Assembly (NCBI RefSeq): GCF_934746965.1 | Contig: NZ_CAKVFS010000002.1 | Location: 213,590-237,589, forward strand | Length of the DNA stretch: 24,000 bases | From: an uncultured Methanobrevibacter sp. | GTDB taxonomy: Archaea > Methanobacteriota > Methanobacteria > Methanobacteriales > Methanobacteriaceae | Direction: 5' to 3' | In this document: positions 8,830 to 17,385 of the stretch, in pieces | How positions within the stretch are numbered: the stretch's first letter is position 1 | How the letters are laid out: the number at the start of each line of letters is the position of its first letter | The notes under the pieces: generated by a model | The model's input: only the letters and a program-made list of their open reading frames with translations | Told to the model about the DNA's origin: nothing | The model's database searches: none | Made by a program: the position numbers and the translations under genes

Positions 8830-9301
8830 TACCTAAAGATTTAACACGTAATAATTTTACAGCCATTCTCAAGTCATTATTACAGTCATTCAATACATTC
8901 ATAGCTTCAATTTCACCAATATTGAAAGTTTCAGCCAATACTTTTACATTTTCATTAGGAGTAGGTCTATCTGCCCCAACTAACTTTTCAGACAATTCTT
9001 TTTTTAAGTCCAAATATTCTTCATGACTCATTCCAATATTTTTTAAAGTAATATCACGTAATGGGCATGGTTTAGATGGTTTACAACACCATACTAATGA
9101 TCCAAAACAAGTTCCAGTCCCTTCACCTAATCTAGTTTCCTTTGCAAATTCAGTTTTAATATCAATATATTCTTGAGGAGTTAAATTAACTTCATCCAAT
9201 GCATTTAATATTGGACAAGGTTTAACTGGAGGACAACAAAATGCTAATCCCCTTTTATCTCCACCCCTACAAATATGAGATGGTGCATCTTCCCAAGTCA
9301 T
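8819..9301 (-). CDS. mmp9: Methanogenesis marker 9-type Cys-rich protein with a C-terminal UBA-like helical tail
   Basis: Eight Cys lie in a 69-aa core (C11 to C79). They form two tandem units: C-x10-CC-x5-C and C-x6-CC-x5-C. Each unit contains [F/W]CC-x3-KPCP ([10 protein letters not shown] and [10 protein letters not shown]). The C-terminal 40 aa ([34 protein letters not shown]) resemble a UBA/NAC-type three-helix domain. GGAGGT Shine-Dalgarno lies 5 nt upstream. Confidence 0.7.
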   Translation of the reverse strand: MTWEDAPSHICRGGDKRGLAFCCPPVKPCPILNALDEVNLTPQEYIDIKTEFAKETRLGEGTGTCFGSLVWCCKPSKPCPLRDITLKNIGMSHEEYLDLKKELSEKLVGADRPTPNENVKVLAETFNIGEIEAMNVLNDCNNDLRMAVKLLRVKSLGNAD

Positions 9302-9399
9302 AATTAACCTCCAAATTAATAATCATTTCTCATGAAATAATTTATACAGATATAATTTATTTTAGTTTATATATAATCTTTTTTATAAGAAACAAATAT

Positions 9400-9720
9400 T
9401 CATTCATATTCAATAGTATGACTAATACATTTAAATTTATTGCCAAAATTATCCAAATAACTTTCACCATTAATTAAATTAAAATATCTTAATGTTGAAG
9501 GGGATAATTTAGTAAAAGAACAGAATTTAATAGAATTATTTTTAAAATTTTCAATGAAAACATCATAGATTTTAAGTTTTGGAATAAAACAAATACAATA
9601 TTTAATATCATTTGAAACTAAAACAGTTTCTTCAAATAAAACAAGATTTAAATCAAAAAGTTTTGTGATTTTATATTTTAATTCGGTAGATTTTTCCAAT
9701 ATTTGCAAATTATCACACAA
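9400..9720 (-). CDS. Hypothetical 106-aa protein with TTG as the only possible start
   Basis: A stop-free frame fills most of the 442-bp atwA-mmp9 gap, in DNA where stop codons are otherwise frequent. There is no internal ATG or GTG-Met and I recognise no motif. It lies 23 nt downstream of the atwA stop codon. Confidence 0.3.
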   Translation of the reverse strand: MCDNLQILEKSTELKYKITKLFDLNLVLFEETVLVSNDIKYCICFIPKLKIYDVFIENFKNNSIKFCSFTKLSPSTLRYFNLINGESYLDNFGNKFKCISHTIEYE

Positions 9721-9743
9721 TGAAGAGAAATAAGAAAAAGGAA

Positions 9744-11336
9744 TTATTTAAACATTCCTTCTTTTTCATCAGCAGTTAATTGCTTAACAATTTCTTTAGG
9801 AGTTCCTACATCAAGGATTTTACCTCCCCTCATTAAAGCTGATCTATCACAAACATCTAAAACAAAGTCCATATCGTGAGAAATAATAATAAATGTTTGT
9901 TCCAATTCTTTTCTAGCTTTTAAAATAGAATCAGTTACAATTACACGAGTAATTGGATCCATAGTACCTGTTGGTTCATCTAAAATAATAATTTTAGGTT
10001 CTTTAATAAGAACTTGTGCAAGAGCTACCCTGTGTTTTTCACCAACACTTAATTCATCAGGATATTTATCTAATAATCCTTCAGCAACATTTTCTTCAAA
10101 TCCTACAGTGGTTAAAACATGAATTGCTTTAATTTTTGCAAATTCTGCAGGTAAATCTAAACTAATAGCATCAGTTAAATTTCCTAAAATAGTTCTATGA
10201 GGATATAGTGAATATTCTTGATGCAATAATCCCATATATGGAATTACACGACCTCTATTGAGAGGACCAGATTTACTCATGTCAACCCATTCTTCTCCAA
10301 GTTTAACTTCAATTTTACCACTACTTGGTTCAGTTAATCCTATTAACATTTTAGTAAGTGTTGTTTTTCCAGCCCCACTTAAACCTACAATACCAAATAT
10401 TTCTTCTTTATTTATGTTTAAGTTAATACCATCAACAGCTTTAACTACTCCTCTTTCAATTGAATAATAATGTTTTTTAACATCTTCTATTTGAACTTCT
10501 GGAGCGCCAATTTCAGGATTTTCTATTTTTTCAGGTACTGGAACTGTTTCAAGAAAATGATCTACAATATCTGCAGGTTCTCCTTCTTCTTTAATCTCAC
10601 CATTTTCTAACCAAATTACATGATCTGCTAAATCATTCATAATTTCTGGCCAGTGAGATGTGATTAACATGGTGATTCCTTTATCTTTCACACCTTCAAT
10701 TAAGGTATTGTGAAGTTTTTCAGCAGTTTGAGGATCTAAGGTACCTGTTGGTTCATCAGCCAAAAACATCATAGGCTGTTTTGCTAATTGTCTTGCAAGT
10801 ACAACTCTTTGTTTTTCCCCACCACTTAAGTCACGTGCAATGTGAGTAATCCTATGATTCATTTGAACCATTTCTAATAAATCTAAAGCTCCGTAAAGAT
10901 TATCTTCATACTCATTTTCATCATTCATAGCTCTCATAACATTTTCAATTACAGTTTCTTCATCATATAATGCGAAGTTACGTTGTAACATGATAGCTAT
11001 TCTTCTTTTAATACTGGAAAATTCTTTTCTCTCAGCATTGAAGAAATCAATTTCTTTAGATTCATAAGTTCCACCACAAGAACATTTTTCACCAGCATGA
11101 GATGGAGATTCAACAGCTAAACAATCTGGACAAATAGCTAGATTAAATATAATCTGACCAGCATCAGGCTTATAATCTAATGTACCCCTAAGCATATTAA
11201 TTAATACAGATTTACCACTACCACTACGTCCTAAAATACCTAAAGTTTCTCCTTCTTCGATTTTTAGATTAACATTTTTAAGAACATCAACACCATTAAA
11301 AGTTTTTGTAACATTCTTAAGTGTAATAAAATTCAT
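9744..11336 (-). CDS. atwA: Methyl-coenzyme M reductase system component A2 (double ABC-ATPase)
   Basis: 530 aa with two ABC cassettes. Walker A motifs are GRSGSGKS and GLSGAGKT; signature motifs are LSGGEKQR and LSVGEKHR; Walker B motifs are MMFLADEPT and IIILDEPT. There is no TM domain. A 4-Cys insert (CPDC-x12-CSC, nt 11076-11132) sits in cassette 1. AGGTGAT Shine-Dalgarno upstream. Confidence 0.85.
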   Translation of the reverse strand: MNFITLKNVTKTFNGVDVLKNVNLKIEEGETLGILGRSGSGKSVLINMLRGTLDYKPDAGQIIFNLAICPDCLAVESPSHAGEKCSCGGTYESKEIDFFNAERKEFSSIKRRIAIMLQRNFALYDEETVIENVMRAMNDENEYEDNLYGALDLLEMVQMNHRITHIARDLSGGEKQRVVLARQLAKQPMMFLADEPTGTLDPQTAEKLHNTLIEGVKDKGITMLITSHWPEIMNDLADHVIWLENGEIKEEGEPADIVDHFLETVPVPEKIENPEIGAPEVQIEDVKKHYYSIERGVVKAVDGINLNINKEEIFGIVGLSGAGKTTLTKMLIGLTEPSSGKIEVKLGEEWVDMSKSGPLNRGRVIPYMGLLHQEYSLYPHRTILGNLTDAISLDLPAEFAKIKAIHVLTTVGFEENVAEGLLDKYPDELSVGEKHRVALAQVLIKEPKIIILDEPTGTMDPITRVIVTDSILKARKELEQTFIIISHDMDFVLDVCDRSALMRGGKILDVGTPKEIVKQLTADEKEGMFK

Positions 11337-11427
11337 GAAATCACCTTTTATAAAATCAGTATTTATTTATCTTTTAAACCATTTATAATATTTACTAATA
11401 ATAATTGTTATATAATGGTGTTATATA

Positions 11428-12138
11428 TTAAAAATTAAAGATATTAAAGTTTAAATTACCAGAAATAACTGCTCTAGCTATTGAAAAACCAAAAACTCCT
11501 GTTTTAAGCATTTTTTCAATTTTTTGTTCACTGTCTATAGAGTTATTTCCAATAATTTTAATATTTGTATTACGGCAAATTTCAGTTAATAACTCATAAT
11601 CTGCATCAAAAACGCCAGGTTTCATTGCATCAATATGCAAATAATCAGCACCAGCATTTTCAATTATTTTAGCTATTTTTAAAGTATTTACACCATCAAC
11701 ATTAGCTCGAATTTTAACTGAAACTTCACAAGAAGCATTATCAACAACATCAGAAATATAATCTGCTAAATCATCTCTTTTCAACATGTTTTGTCCACAG
11801 CCAATAGCTAAAATTTCCTCTTGACGACAATGACAATTAATCTCAACAATATCCAAATTATCAATTTTACTTACTTCAATAATAGGCTGAGGAGTTGTTG
11901 ATCTAACATTAGCTGAAACTTTTACATTAGGATGTTGTTCTTTAATTAAATTAACTTCATTTTCAATATGGTCAATAATAATATTTTGAGGAAAATGAAA
12001 CTCATTTCTTCCTCTTTTAATTATTTTAGCACTTGCATTAATTGTTGGAGTATCTAAACTATAGCCACCCAAAGTAGCTGTGTCAAATCCAAATGGAATA
12101 ACTTTATTTAAAAATTCGGAATCAGTTATTCCAGCCAT
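11428..12138 (-). CDS. Short archaeal NifR3/Dus-related TIM-barrel (putative flavin-dependent oxidoreductase)
   Basis: Motifs align with dihydrouridine synthase: (IAP)MAGITD, VEINCHCR (equivalent to iDiNxGCP), VKIR, HIDAM, GNNSI and SIARA. The frame is open upstream to 12156 (I-K-V-I-A-P-M). An ATT codon there sits 7 nt after GGAGG, so the true start may be 12156. Confidence 0.7.
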   Translation of the reverse strand: MAGITDSEFLNKVIPFGFDTATLGGYSLDTPTINASAKIIKRGRNEFHFPQNIIIDHIENEVNLIKEQHPNVKVSANVRSTTPQPIIEVSKIDNLDIVEINCHCRQEEILAIGCGQNMLKRDDLADYISDVVDNASCEVSVKIRANVDGVNTLKIAKIIENAGADYLHIDAMKPGVFDADYELLTEICRNTNIKIIGNNSIDSEQKIEKMLKTGVFGFSIARAVISGNLNFNIFNF

Positions 12139-12168
12139 TGGTGCTATGACTTTAATTTAAAATCCTCC

Positions 12169-12933
12169 TCAATATTCTTTTTCAACAACATATGTCCACA
12201 TACTGTTATCATGATCACGAATTTCTTCAAGACCTAAATCAGCCATATATGCTGCATCTTCAAAATTACGTCCGATACCAATACCTGCTTTAAGGCCAAT
12301 ACCAATTTCTTCATTAATTTCAACTAAAATATCTTCGATGTCTTTTTCGGACAAACCATTACATGGAGACATGAAATTATCTCCACCAATGAAAAATAAT
12401 AATGCTCCTTTTTTGATTAATTTAGTCATTAAATAATGTTGTGCCTTGTTAACCATGAAATTAGTATCAAATGCAGATTCAATATCAGTTAATGTTTCTG
12501 TAACACTATTAATATCAATATGTGCTGCTTGAAGTAAGTTATCTTCATCAGCAGGAGCTAAACTATCAATAGCTAAAATTTCTTTTCTTTGTGAAGATTG
12601 AGCTCCCCCTTTTTTCTGTAAAGCAACAGTAGCTAATTTTTGAGCTTCATGAGGAGTTTCAGCAGCCCCAACACCCATACTAATTGTAATTGGATATCTG
12701 TTCCTAATAGATCTTTGAATTCTTAAGTGATCTTCTTCATCAATACCATTTGTAACAGCAAGTAAATTATCAAACCTAGTAAAGAACACCAATCCTTTTT
12801 TATTTGCAAATTGTCTTTCTAAATCTGCATATAGTTCTGCTTGTAAAATTTGTAAATCTGATTCATTACGTGGTCTTGGAGTTACAGTCCATGGCCCATA
12901 ATTATCAATTTGTATTAATGTCATTTGTATCAT
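12169..12933 (-). CDS. arfA: GTP cyclohydrolase III (archaeal riboflavin/F420 pathway, MJ0145 family)
   Basis: 254 aa. The N-terminus [22 protein letters not shown] is close to the characterised M. jannaschii enzyme. GGTGG Shine-Dalgarno lies 6 nt upstream. Confidence 0.85.
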   Translation of the reverse strand: MIQMTLIQIDNYGPWTVTPRPRNESDLQILQAELYADLERQFANKKGLVFFTRFDNLLAVTNGIDEEDHLRIQRSIRNRYPITISMGVGAAETPHEAQKLATVALQKKGGAQSSQRKEILAIDSLAPADEDNLLQAAHIDINSVTETLTDIESAFDTNFMVNKAQHYLMTKLIKKGALLFFIGGDNFMSPCNGLSEKDIEDILVEINEEIGIGLKAGIGIGRNFEDAAYMADLGLEEIRDHDNSMWTYVVEKEY

Positions 12934-12949
12934 TTTAAACCACCATCCC

Positions 12950-13855
12950 CTAAGAAATATTATTTAAGATTATTTTAGCTAAATTTTTCTTATCATCTAA
13001 ACTATCCATAATTGTATTTGTAACAATTACTTCACGAACAATTTTTTCTAAATCATCCTTTAAATTATTATCTTTTTTATCGATAACAATCGTATCTAAA
13101 AAACTTTCATACAATGAAGCTACACCTACTGATGAAACTTCAATTCCAAGTGCTTTCATAAATTTACTAGCTGGACCACTTACTGAATCATTACCCACAA
13201 TTGGAGAAACAGCTATTACATGAGTATTCTTTAAAGCTTCTTTAACTCCCTCTAAAGACAATATTGGAGATATAGAAGTTATTGGATTTGAAGGTCCAAT
13301 TATAACTGCATCGGAATTATTAATAGCATCAATAATCCCATTTACAGGAGCTACTTCAGAGAATTTAACATCTAAAACTTCAGGTTTACCTTGATGTTTT
13401 ATTAAAAAGTCATGGAATTCCAATTCACCAATATCCGTGATGATTTTAATATCTGAATTTTCATTACTCATTGGAATAATTTTAGATGTAATACCCATAC
13501 CATTTGCTTGAATATCAACAGCTTCGGCAAGTGAGTGATTCTCCATTAATAAAGTCTTTTGTATTTTAGTAGCTCTATCAATATCCCCTATCCTAAGTAA
13601 CTCTGGAGTGCCTAATTCTTCAAGTCTTTCATGAGTAATAAATGTATCATTTTTAACACCATACCAAAATTCATCATTTATCATGTCAACCATAGTATAA
13701 AGTACAGTATCAATGTCTGCAGACACATAAACTCCTGAAAAATACTCATTTTCCAAAGTATTAACAACAATAGTCAATTCTTTAGGATCAATAACCTCTT
13801 TTAAACCTTGCAACAATTTTGGAGTACCAGTTCCACCAGATAATACAGTAATCAT
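12950..13855 (-). CDS. cofD: 2-phospho-L-lactate transferase (LPPG:FO transferase)
   Basis: 301 aa. Hallmark N-terminus [17 protein letters not shown] and a CofD-like length. Confidence 0.9.
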   Translation of the reverse strand: MITVLSGGTGTPKLLQGLKEVIDPKELTIVVNTLENEYFSGVYVSADIDTVLYTMVDMINDEFWYGVKNDTFITHERLEELGTPELLRIGDIDRATKIQKTLLMENHSLAEAVDIQANGMGITSKIIPMSNENSDIKIITDIGELEFHDFLIKHQGKPEVLDVKFSEVAPVNGIIDAINNSDAVIIGPSNPITSISPILSLEGVKEALKNTHVIAVSPIVGNDSVSGPASKFMKALGIEVSSVGVASLYESFLDTIVIDKKDNNLKDDLEKIVREVIVTNTIMDSLDDKKNLAKIILNNIS

Positions 13856-13873
13856 TTTATTTTAATCTCCAAA

Positions 13874-14647
13874 TTAATTTCTAAATACATCAAATTCTTT
13901 TGGTCTAAGTAATGCACCAACACCAGTTTCAGTATCCCTTAATTTATCAAAGTTATCAAATCCCCTAATGATAACAACTGGAAGACCTTCATCAGCCTGA
14001 CCCATAACAAGAGATGCTGCTGCAGCTAACTCATCTCCAGTAGCTACTTCACTAGTTTGTAAGACACGACCATACAAATCTTTTTCACCAGCTCTTTTCC
14101 ACAAAGGATTGATTCCAGAACATCCAATAGCAACTCCAACAGCACCATTCCTAAATGCTCTACCTTGAGTATCAGTAATTAAAACAGCTATCTGTTCATT
14201 GAATTCATTTTCTAAAAATTCCCTTATTTTATTCGCAGATTTATCTGCATCTTCAGGCATTGGAGTAGCTAAACCTTCATCCACATTAGATTCATCAATA
14301 CCTGAATTTGCACAAACAAAACCCTGTTTAGTTTCAGTAATAATAAAATCAGGACCAACAGCTACAACTTCACGAGATTCCTGAATAATAGCTTCAACTA
14401 ATTTAGAATCTTTTTTAGATTGCTTAGCAATAACTATAGATTCTTCAGAAGGAATTATATCACCTAATTTAATAACATTTCCTTCAGCTTTTGAAATTAA
14501 AGTTTCAGCTATTAAAATAATGTCCCCATGTTTTAATAAACATCCTTGTTTTTCAATTGCATCTTTAATTATTTGACAAATATCATCATTAGGTTCAACT
14601 AATGGAATATCATTTAAACCAATTAATTCTATTGACATATCAATCAT
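13874..14647 (-). CDS. cofE: Coenzyme F420-0:L-glutamate ligase
   Basis: 257 aa. Contains the CofE motif [14 protein letters not shown] and the C-terminal [17 protein letters not shown]. Confidence 0.85.
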   Translation of the reverse strand: MIDMSIELIGLNDIPLVEPNDDICQIIKDAIEKQGCLLKHGDIILIAETLISKAEGNVIKLGDIIPSEESIVIAKQSKKDSKLVEAIIQESREVVAVGPDFIITETKQGFVCANSGIDESNVDEGLATPMPEDADKSANKIREFLENEFNEQIAVLITDTQGRAFRNGAVGVAIGCSGINPLWKRAGEKDLYGRVLQTSEVATGDELAAAASLVMGQADEGLPVVIIRGFDNFDKLRDTETGVGALLRPKEFDVFRN

Positions 14648-14659
14648 CTTAAAAAAAAA

Positions 14660-15286
14660 TTAAGGAATGAAAGTATCTATTGTCCATTCCCCATCAAAAA
14701 CAGCTGCACCAGAAGTGACTGGTTTTTTATAATTAGCAAAAGTACCTTCATCAAAAATAAATTTTGCTGCATCTTTAGCTGTTTTTGCATCAAATTCTAC
14801 AGGATCATAAAATTGACTACCATAAGTAGATATAAATACAGCATCACCATACGGTATTTTATCAACTAACAATTTTTCATCATTAGCTATACCTACATAG
14901 CACACATAGTCATCTTTTTTATTTGTAGATGTAACAACACCTGCAATTCTAGGAGTATGATAATCATCTTTTTCATAATCCAAAGTAAGTAAAGAATAAG
15001 CTATGGCATCTTTAATATTCATACCTAACGCTATTTTATCAGCTATTACATCAGTGTGAGAACCATTTGATACAATAGCCATATCTTTCACAATACGTAT
15101 ACAATTATATGTAATATATGTATTTTCAAATATATCCTTTTCAAAACCTTCTTTAGGAACAATAGATGCGCGTTTATCAAATTTTAAACATTGTCTATTA
15201 GGAAATGACCTACTAGACACCCTATATGCTACAAAAGGTTTTCCATCACAATTCATTCCAATTGATAAAATTCTTCCAGTATACAT
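14660..15286 (-). CDS. purO: Archaeal IMP cyclohydrolase
   Basis: [31 protein letters not shown] is the PurO N-terminus. The start is placed at ATG15286, with GAGGT 5 nt upstream, rather than the track start at 15325, which overlaps exbD. Confidence 0.85.
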   Translation of the reverse strand: MYTGRILSIGMNCDGKPFVAYRVSSRSFPNRQCLKFDKRASIVPKEGFEKDIFENTYITYNCIRIVKDMAIVSNGSHTDVIADKIALGMNIKDAIAYSLLTLDYEKDDYHTPRIAGVVTSTNKKDDYVCYVGIANDEKLLVDKIPYGDAVFISTYGSQFYDPVEFDAKTAKDAAKFIFDEGTFANYKKPVTSGAAVFDGEWTIDTFIP

Positions 15287-15296
15287 TTTCAACCTC

Positions 15297-15713
15297 TTAA
15301 CTTGTATTCGGACTTCTAACAGCATCTTTTGGAGATACTCCCGGAGGAGTGGTTATATCAATTTCTCCAGGTTTGATTTGAATTTGTCCTTCATCAATAA
15401 CATTAGCTTTAACACCAATAGCATTCTGCGATATCAAATCAGACATATCCTGTCCATTAACAACAACTTTATGTAAATTCGCTACAGGCATAATATAATA
15501 TTCAGCATCACCAGAAACATCAGTTACATTTGGTTTACCTGTTCCAGAGTCTGTAGAAGACGCATCATCAGCAGGAACATCAGCTGGTGAGAAATTACTA
15601 GTCACAACCAAAAAAATCATAATTGTAAATAAAATATCTATAAGTGGAACTAAATTAATACCAGGTTTTTGATCAAGAACCTTTTTCTTATATGATCTAA
15701 TATCAATCCTCAT
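15297..15713 (-). CDS. exbD: ExbD/TolR-family protein (stator plug subunit)
   Basis: 138 aa. A basic N-terminus is followed by a single TM carrying the family motif [20 protein letters not shown] low-complexity acidic/Ser-rich linker then leads to an extracytoplasmic domain of about 65 aa. The start lies 8 nt after the exbB stop codon. Confidence 0.7.
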   Translation of the reverse strand: MRIDIRSYKKKVLDQKPGINLVPLIDILFTIMIFLVVTSNFSPADVPADDASSTDSGTGKPNVTDVSGDAEYYIMPVANLHKVVVNGQDMSDLISQNAIGVKANVIDEGQIQIKPGEIDITTPPGVSPKDAVRSPNTS

Positions 15714-15721
15714 AAAATCAC

Positions 15722-16561
15722 TTATTGTCTTAATTTACTTTCAATTATTTCAGCATTAACATTACATTTTTCCAATATAATATTTGAAATACTTTTATCT
15801 AACATACTTGGTTTAAATGAAACTTTAATATTTGCATAAGGATCTGAAATTAACCTAGTATTAACAACACCTTCAGCTTCTTGAAGAGCTTCTAAAGCAC
15901 ATTCAACATTAGCTTCAACCCTTATTTTAACTACTGCATAACCCCAATTAGTCATTTTTGTAGCTAATTCAATTTTATCCATTTCATTTTCAACTAAACC
16001 TTGAATATAAGTATGAAGAGGCAACAATATAATAGCTACAAATAATCCTGCAATAGTAGTAGTTAAAGCTATGTAAATACCTTCAGCCATAGCTGCAGAA
16101 TTAGGATTAACTCCCAATGCTTTAAAAGTCATCCATATCCCAAATACAGTACCAATCAAACCTAAAAATGGAGCCAATTCAATAATTGTTTTAATTGAAT
16201 TTAATCCTTTAGTCATTTTACTTACTTCTACAATGAATATTTGCTCCATACTTTCTTCAACTTCAGTTTTATTTTTATAACCAATTTTTAAAGTTTCAGA
16301 AATAATTTTAGAAATAGGATTTTTAAAAGAGTTAATTTGTTTTAAAGCTTCAACTGCACCTCCTCTTTCCATAGAAGAAGAAACAATGCCTAAAATTTCA
16401 GTTGTATCCACCTTACTAATTTTCTTAAGATACGCAATTTTTCTCAATGAAATCAAAAGACCATAAATACCAATGAAAAGAATTATATAAGTAATAATTC
16501 CCCCCTGAGTAAATATTTCCATGATATTTTCAAAAAATTGAGTCAGATATTCAACTATCAT
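15722..16561 (-). CDS. exbB: MotA/TolQ/ExbB-family proton-channel protein with an extra C-terminal alpha/beta domain
   Basis: Three TM helices carry family motifs (LAPFLGLIGTVFGIW and EGIYIALTTTIAGLFVAI). About 90 aa follow TM3, with a beta-alpha-beta-beta-alpha-beta-like pattern (nt about 15725-15960). ATG16561, with GAGGA 5 nt upstream, is preferred over TTG16573. Confidence 0.75.
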   Translation of the reverse strand: MIVEYLTQFFENIMEIFTQGGIITYIILFIGIYGLLISLRKIAYLKKISKVDTTEILGIVSSSMERGGAVEALKQINSFKNPISKIISETLKIGYKNKTEVEESMEQIFIVEVSKMTKGLNSIKTIIELAPFLGLIGTVFGIWMTFKALGVNPNSAAMAEGIYIALTTTIAGLFVAIILLPLHTYIQGLVENEMDKIELATKMTNWGYAVVKIRVEANVECALEALQEAEGVVNTRLISDPYANIKVSFKPSMLDKSISNIILEKCNVNAEIIESKLRQ

Positions 16562-16719
16562 TTTTATCCTCAATATAATATTTTTATAAAAATAATTTAT
16601 TTAATCATATACTTAATGTTTTGGAGTAACTAAACGAAATATTAACAAAAAATGAATATAAAATAAAATCACTAAAAATAAAAAAAGAAGATAAATTAAA
16701 ATATTTTTTATAAAATAAA

Positions 16720-17337
16720 TTAATCTTTCATTTTAGCAACAGTTGCCCAAGATTTTCTAACAAAATCAGGCATTTCATCATATGTAAAATTAGTTAAAAA
16801 TTTTTTAGTTGTCGGATCAGAAGGATAACCTGAACCAATTCCACCCATTTTAATATAATCCTTGTTTATTTCAGCTATATGTGAATCTCTTTCTTGTTTT
16901 GCGATAATTGAAGCAGCACTTACTTCAATATAATTATCATCCGCTTTATGTTCTGCTAAAACATTCACCCCCGTATCATTTGCAAGTTTATTTTGAAAAC
17001 GTTCTGCTTTAATATCAACTGCATCAACAATAGCTTTTTCAGGATTTAAATTAGAAAGAATCTTTTCCATACCAATTTTTTCAATTTCATTAAGATTAAT
17101 CCCATCTGCCCTCATATTATCAATATCCTGAGCAGAAATAACAACTAAATCATATTCAAACATCTTTTTCAGTTTACGGGATAATATTGATCGTCTGTTT
17201 GGAGTTAAACGCTTAGAATCTTTTACACCCATTCTTTCTAAAACATTATCCATTTTTTCAGGTACAATAACTCCTGCAATAACTAATGGACCTAAAACAG
17301 ATCCCCTACCTGCTTCATCAATTCCCAATATATCCAT
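16720..17337 (-). CDS. rnhB: Ribonuclease HII
   Basis: MDILGIDEAGRGSVLGPLVIAG is the RNase HII catalytic N-terminus (DEAGRG). ATG17337 is preferred over the track start at TTG17346. Confidence 0.9.
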   Translation of the reverse strand: MDILGIDEAGRGSVLGPLVIAGVIVPEKMDNVLERMGVKDSKRLTPNRRSILSRKLKKMFEYDLVVISAQDIDNMRADGINLNEIEKIGMEKILSNLNPEKAIVDAVDIKAERFQNKLANDTGVNVLAEHKADDNYIEVSAASIIAKQERDSHIAEINKDYIKMGGIGSGYPSDPTTKKFLTNFTYDEMPDFVRKSWATVAKMKD

Positions 17338-17350
17338 AAAAATCAACGCG

Positions 17351-17367
17351 AAAAAAAGTTAAAAAAA
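17351..17367 (-). terminator. Two T7 tracts on the coding strand downstream of mreB
   Basis: On the minus strand the sequence reads TTTTTTTAACTTTTTTT, beginning about 20 nt after the mreB stop codon. This is an archaeal oligo-T terminator-type signal. Because rnhB starts 14 nt further on, termination may be partial. Confidence 0.3.
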
Positions 17368-17385
17368 GAGAAATAATTATAATAA

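Noticed and set aside
10258-10467. 69-aa plus-strand ORF inside atwA
   Set aside because: Shadow ORF opposite the second ABC cassette.
14199-14384. 61-aa plus-strand ORF inside cofE
   Set aside because: Shadow ORF opposite a motif-supported gene.
15287-15325. 13-codon N-terminal extension of purO in the ORF track ([13 protein letters not shown])
   Set aside because: It overlaps the 3' end of exbD. The conserved PurO N-terminus begins at MYTGRIL, where ATG15286 has a GAGGT Shine-Dalgarno 5 nt upstream.
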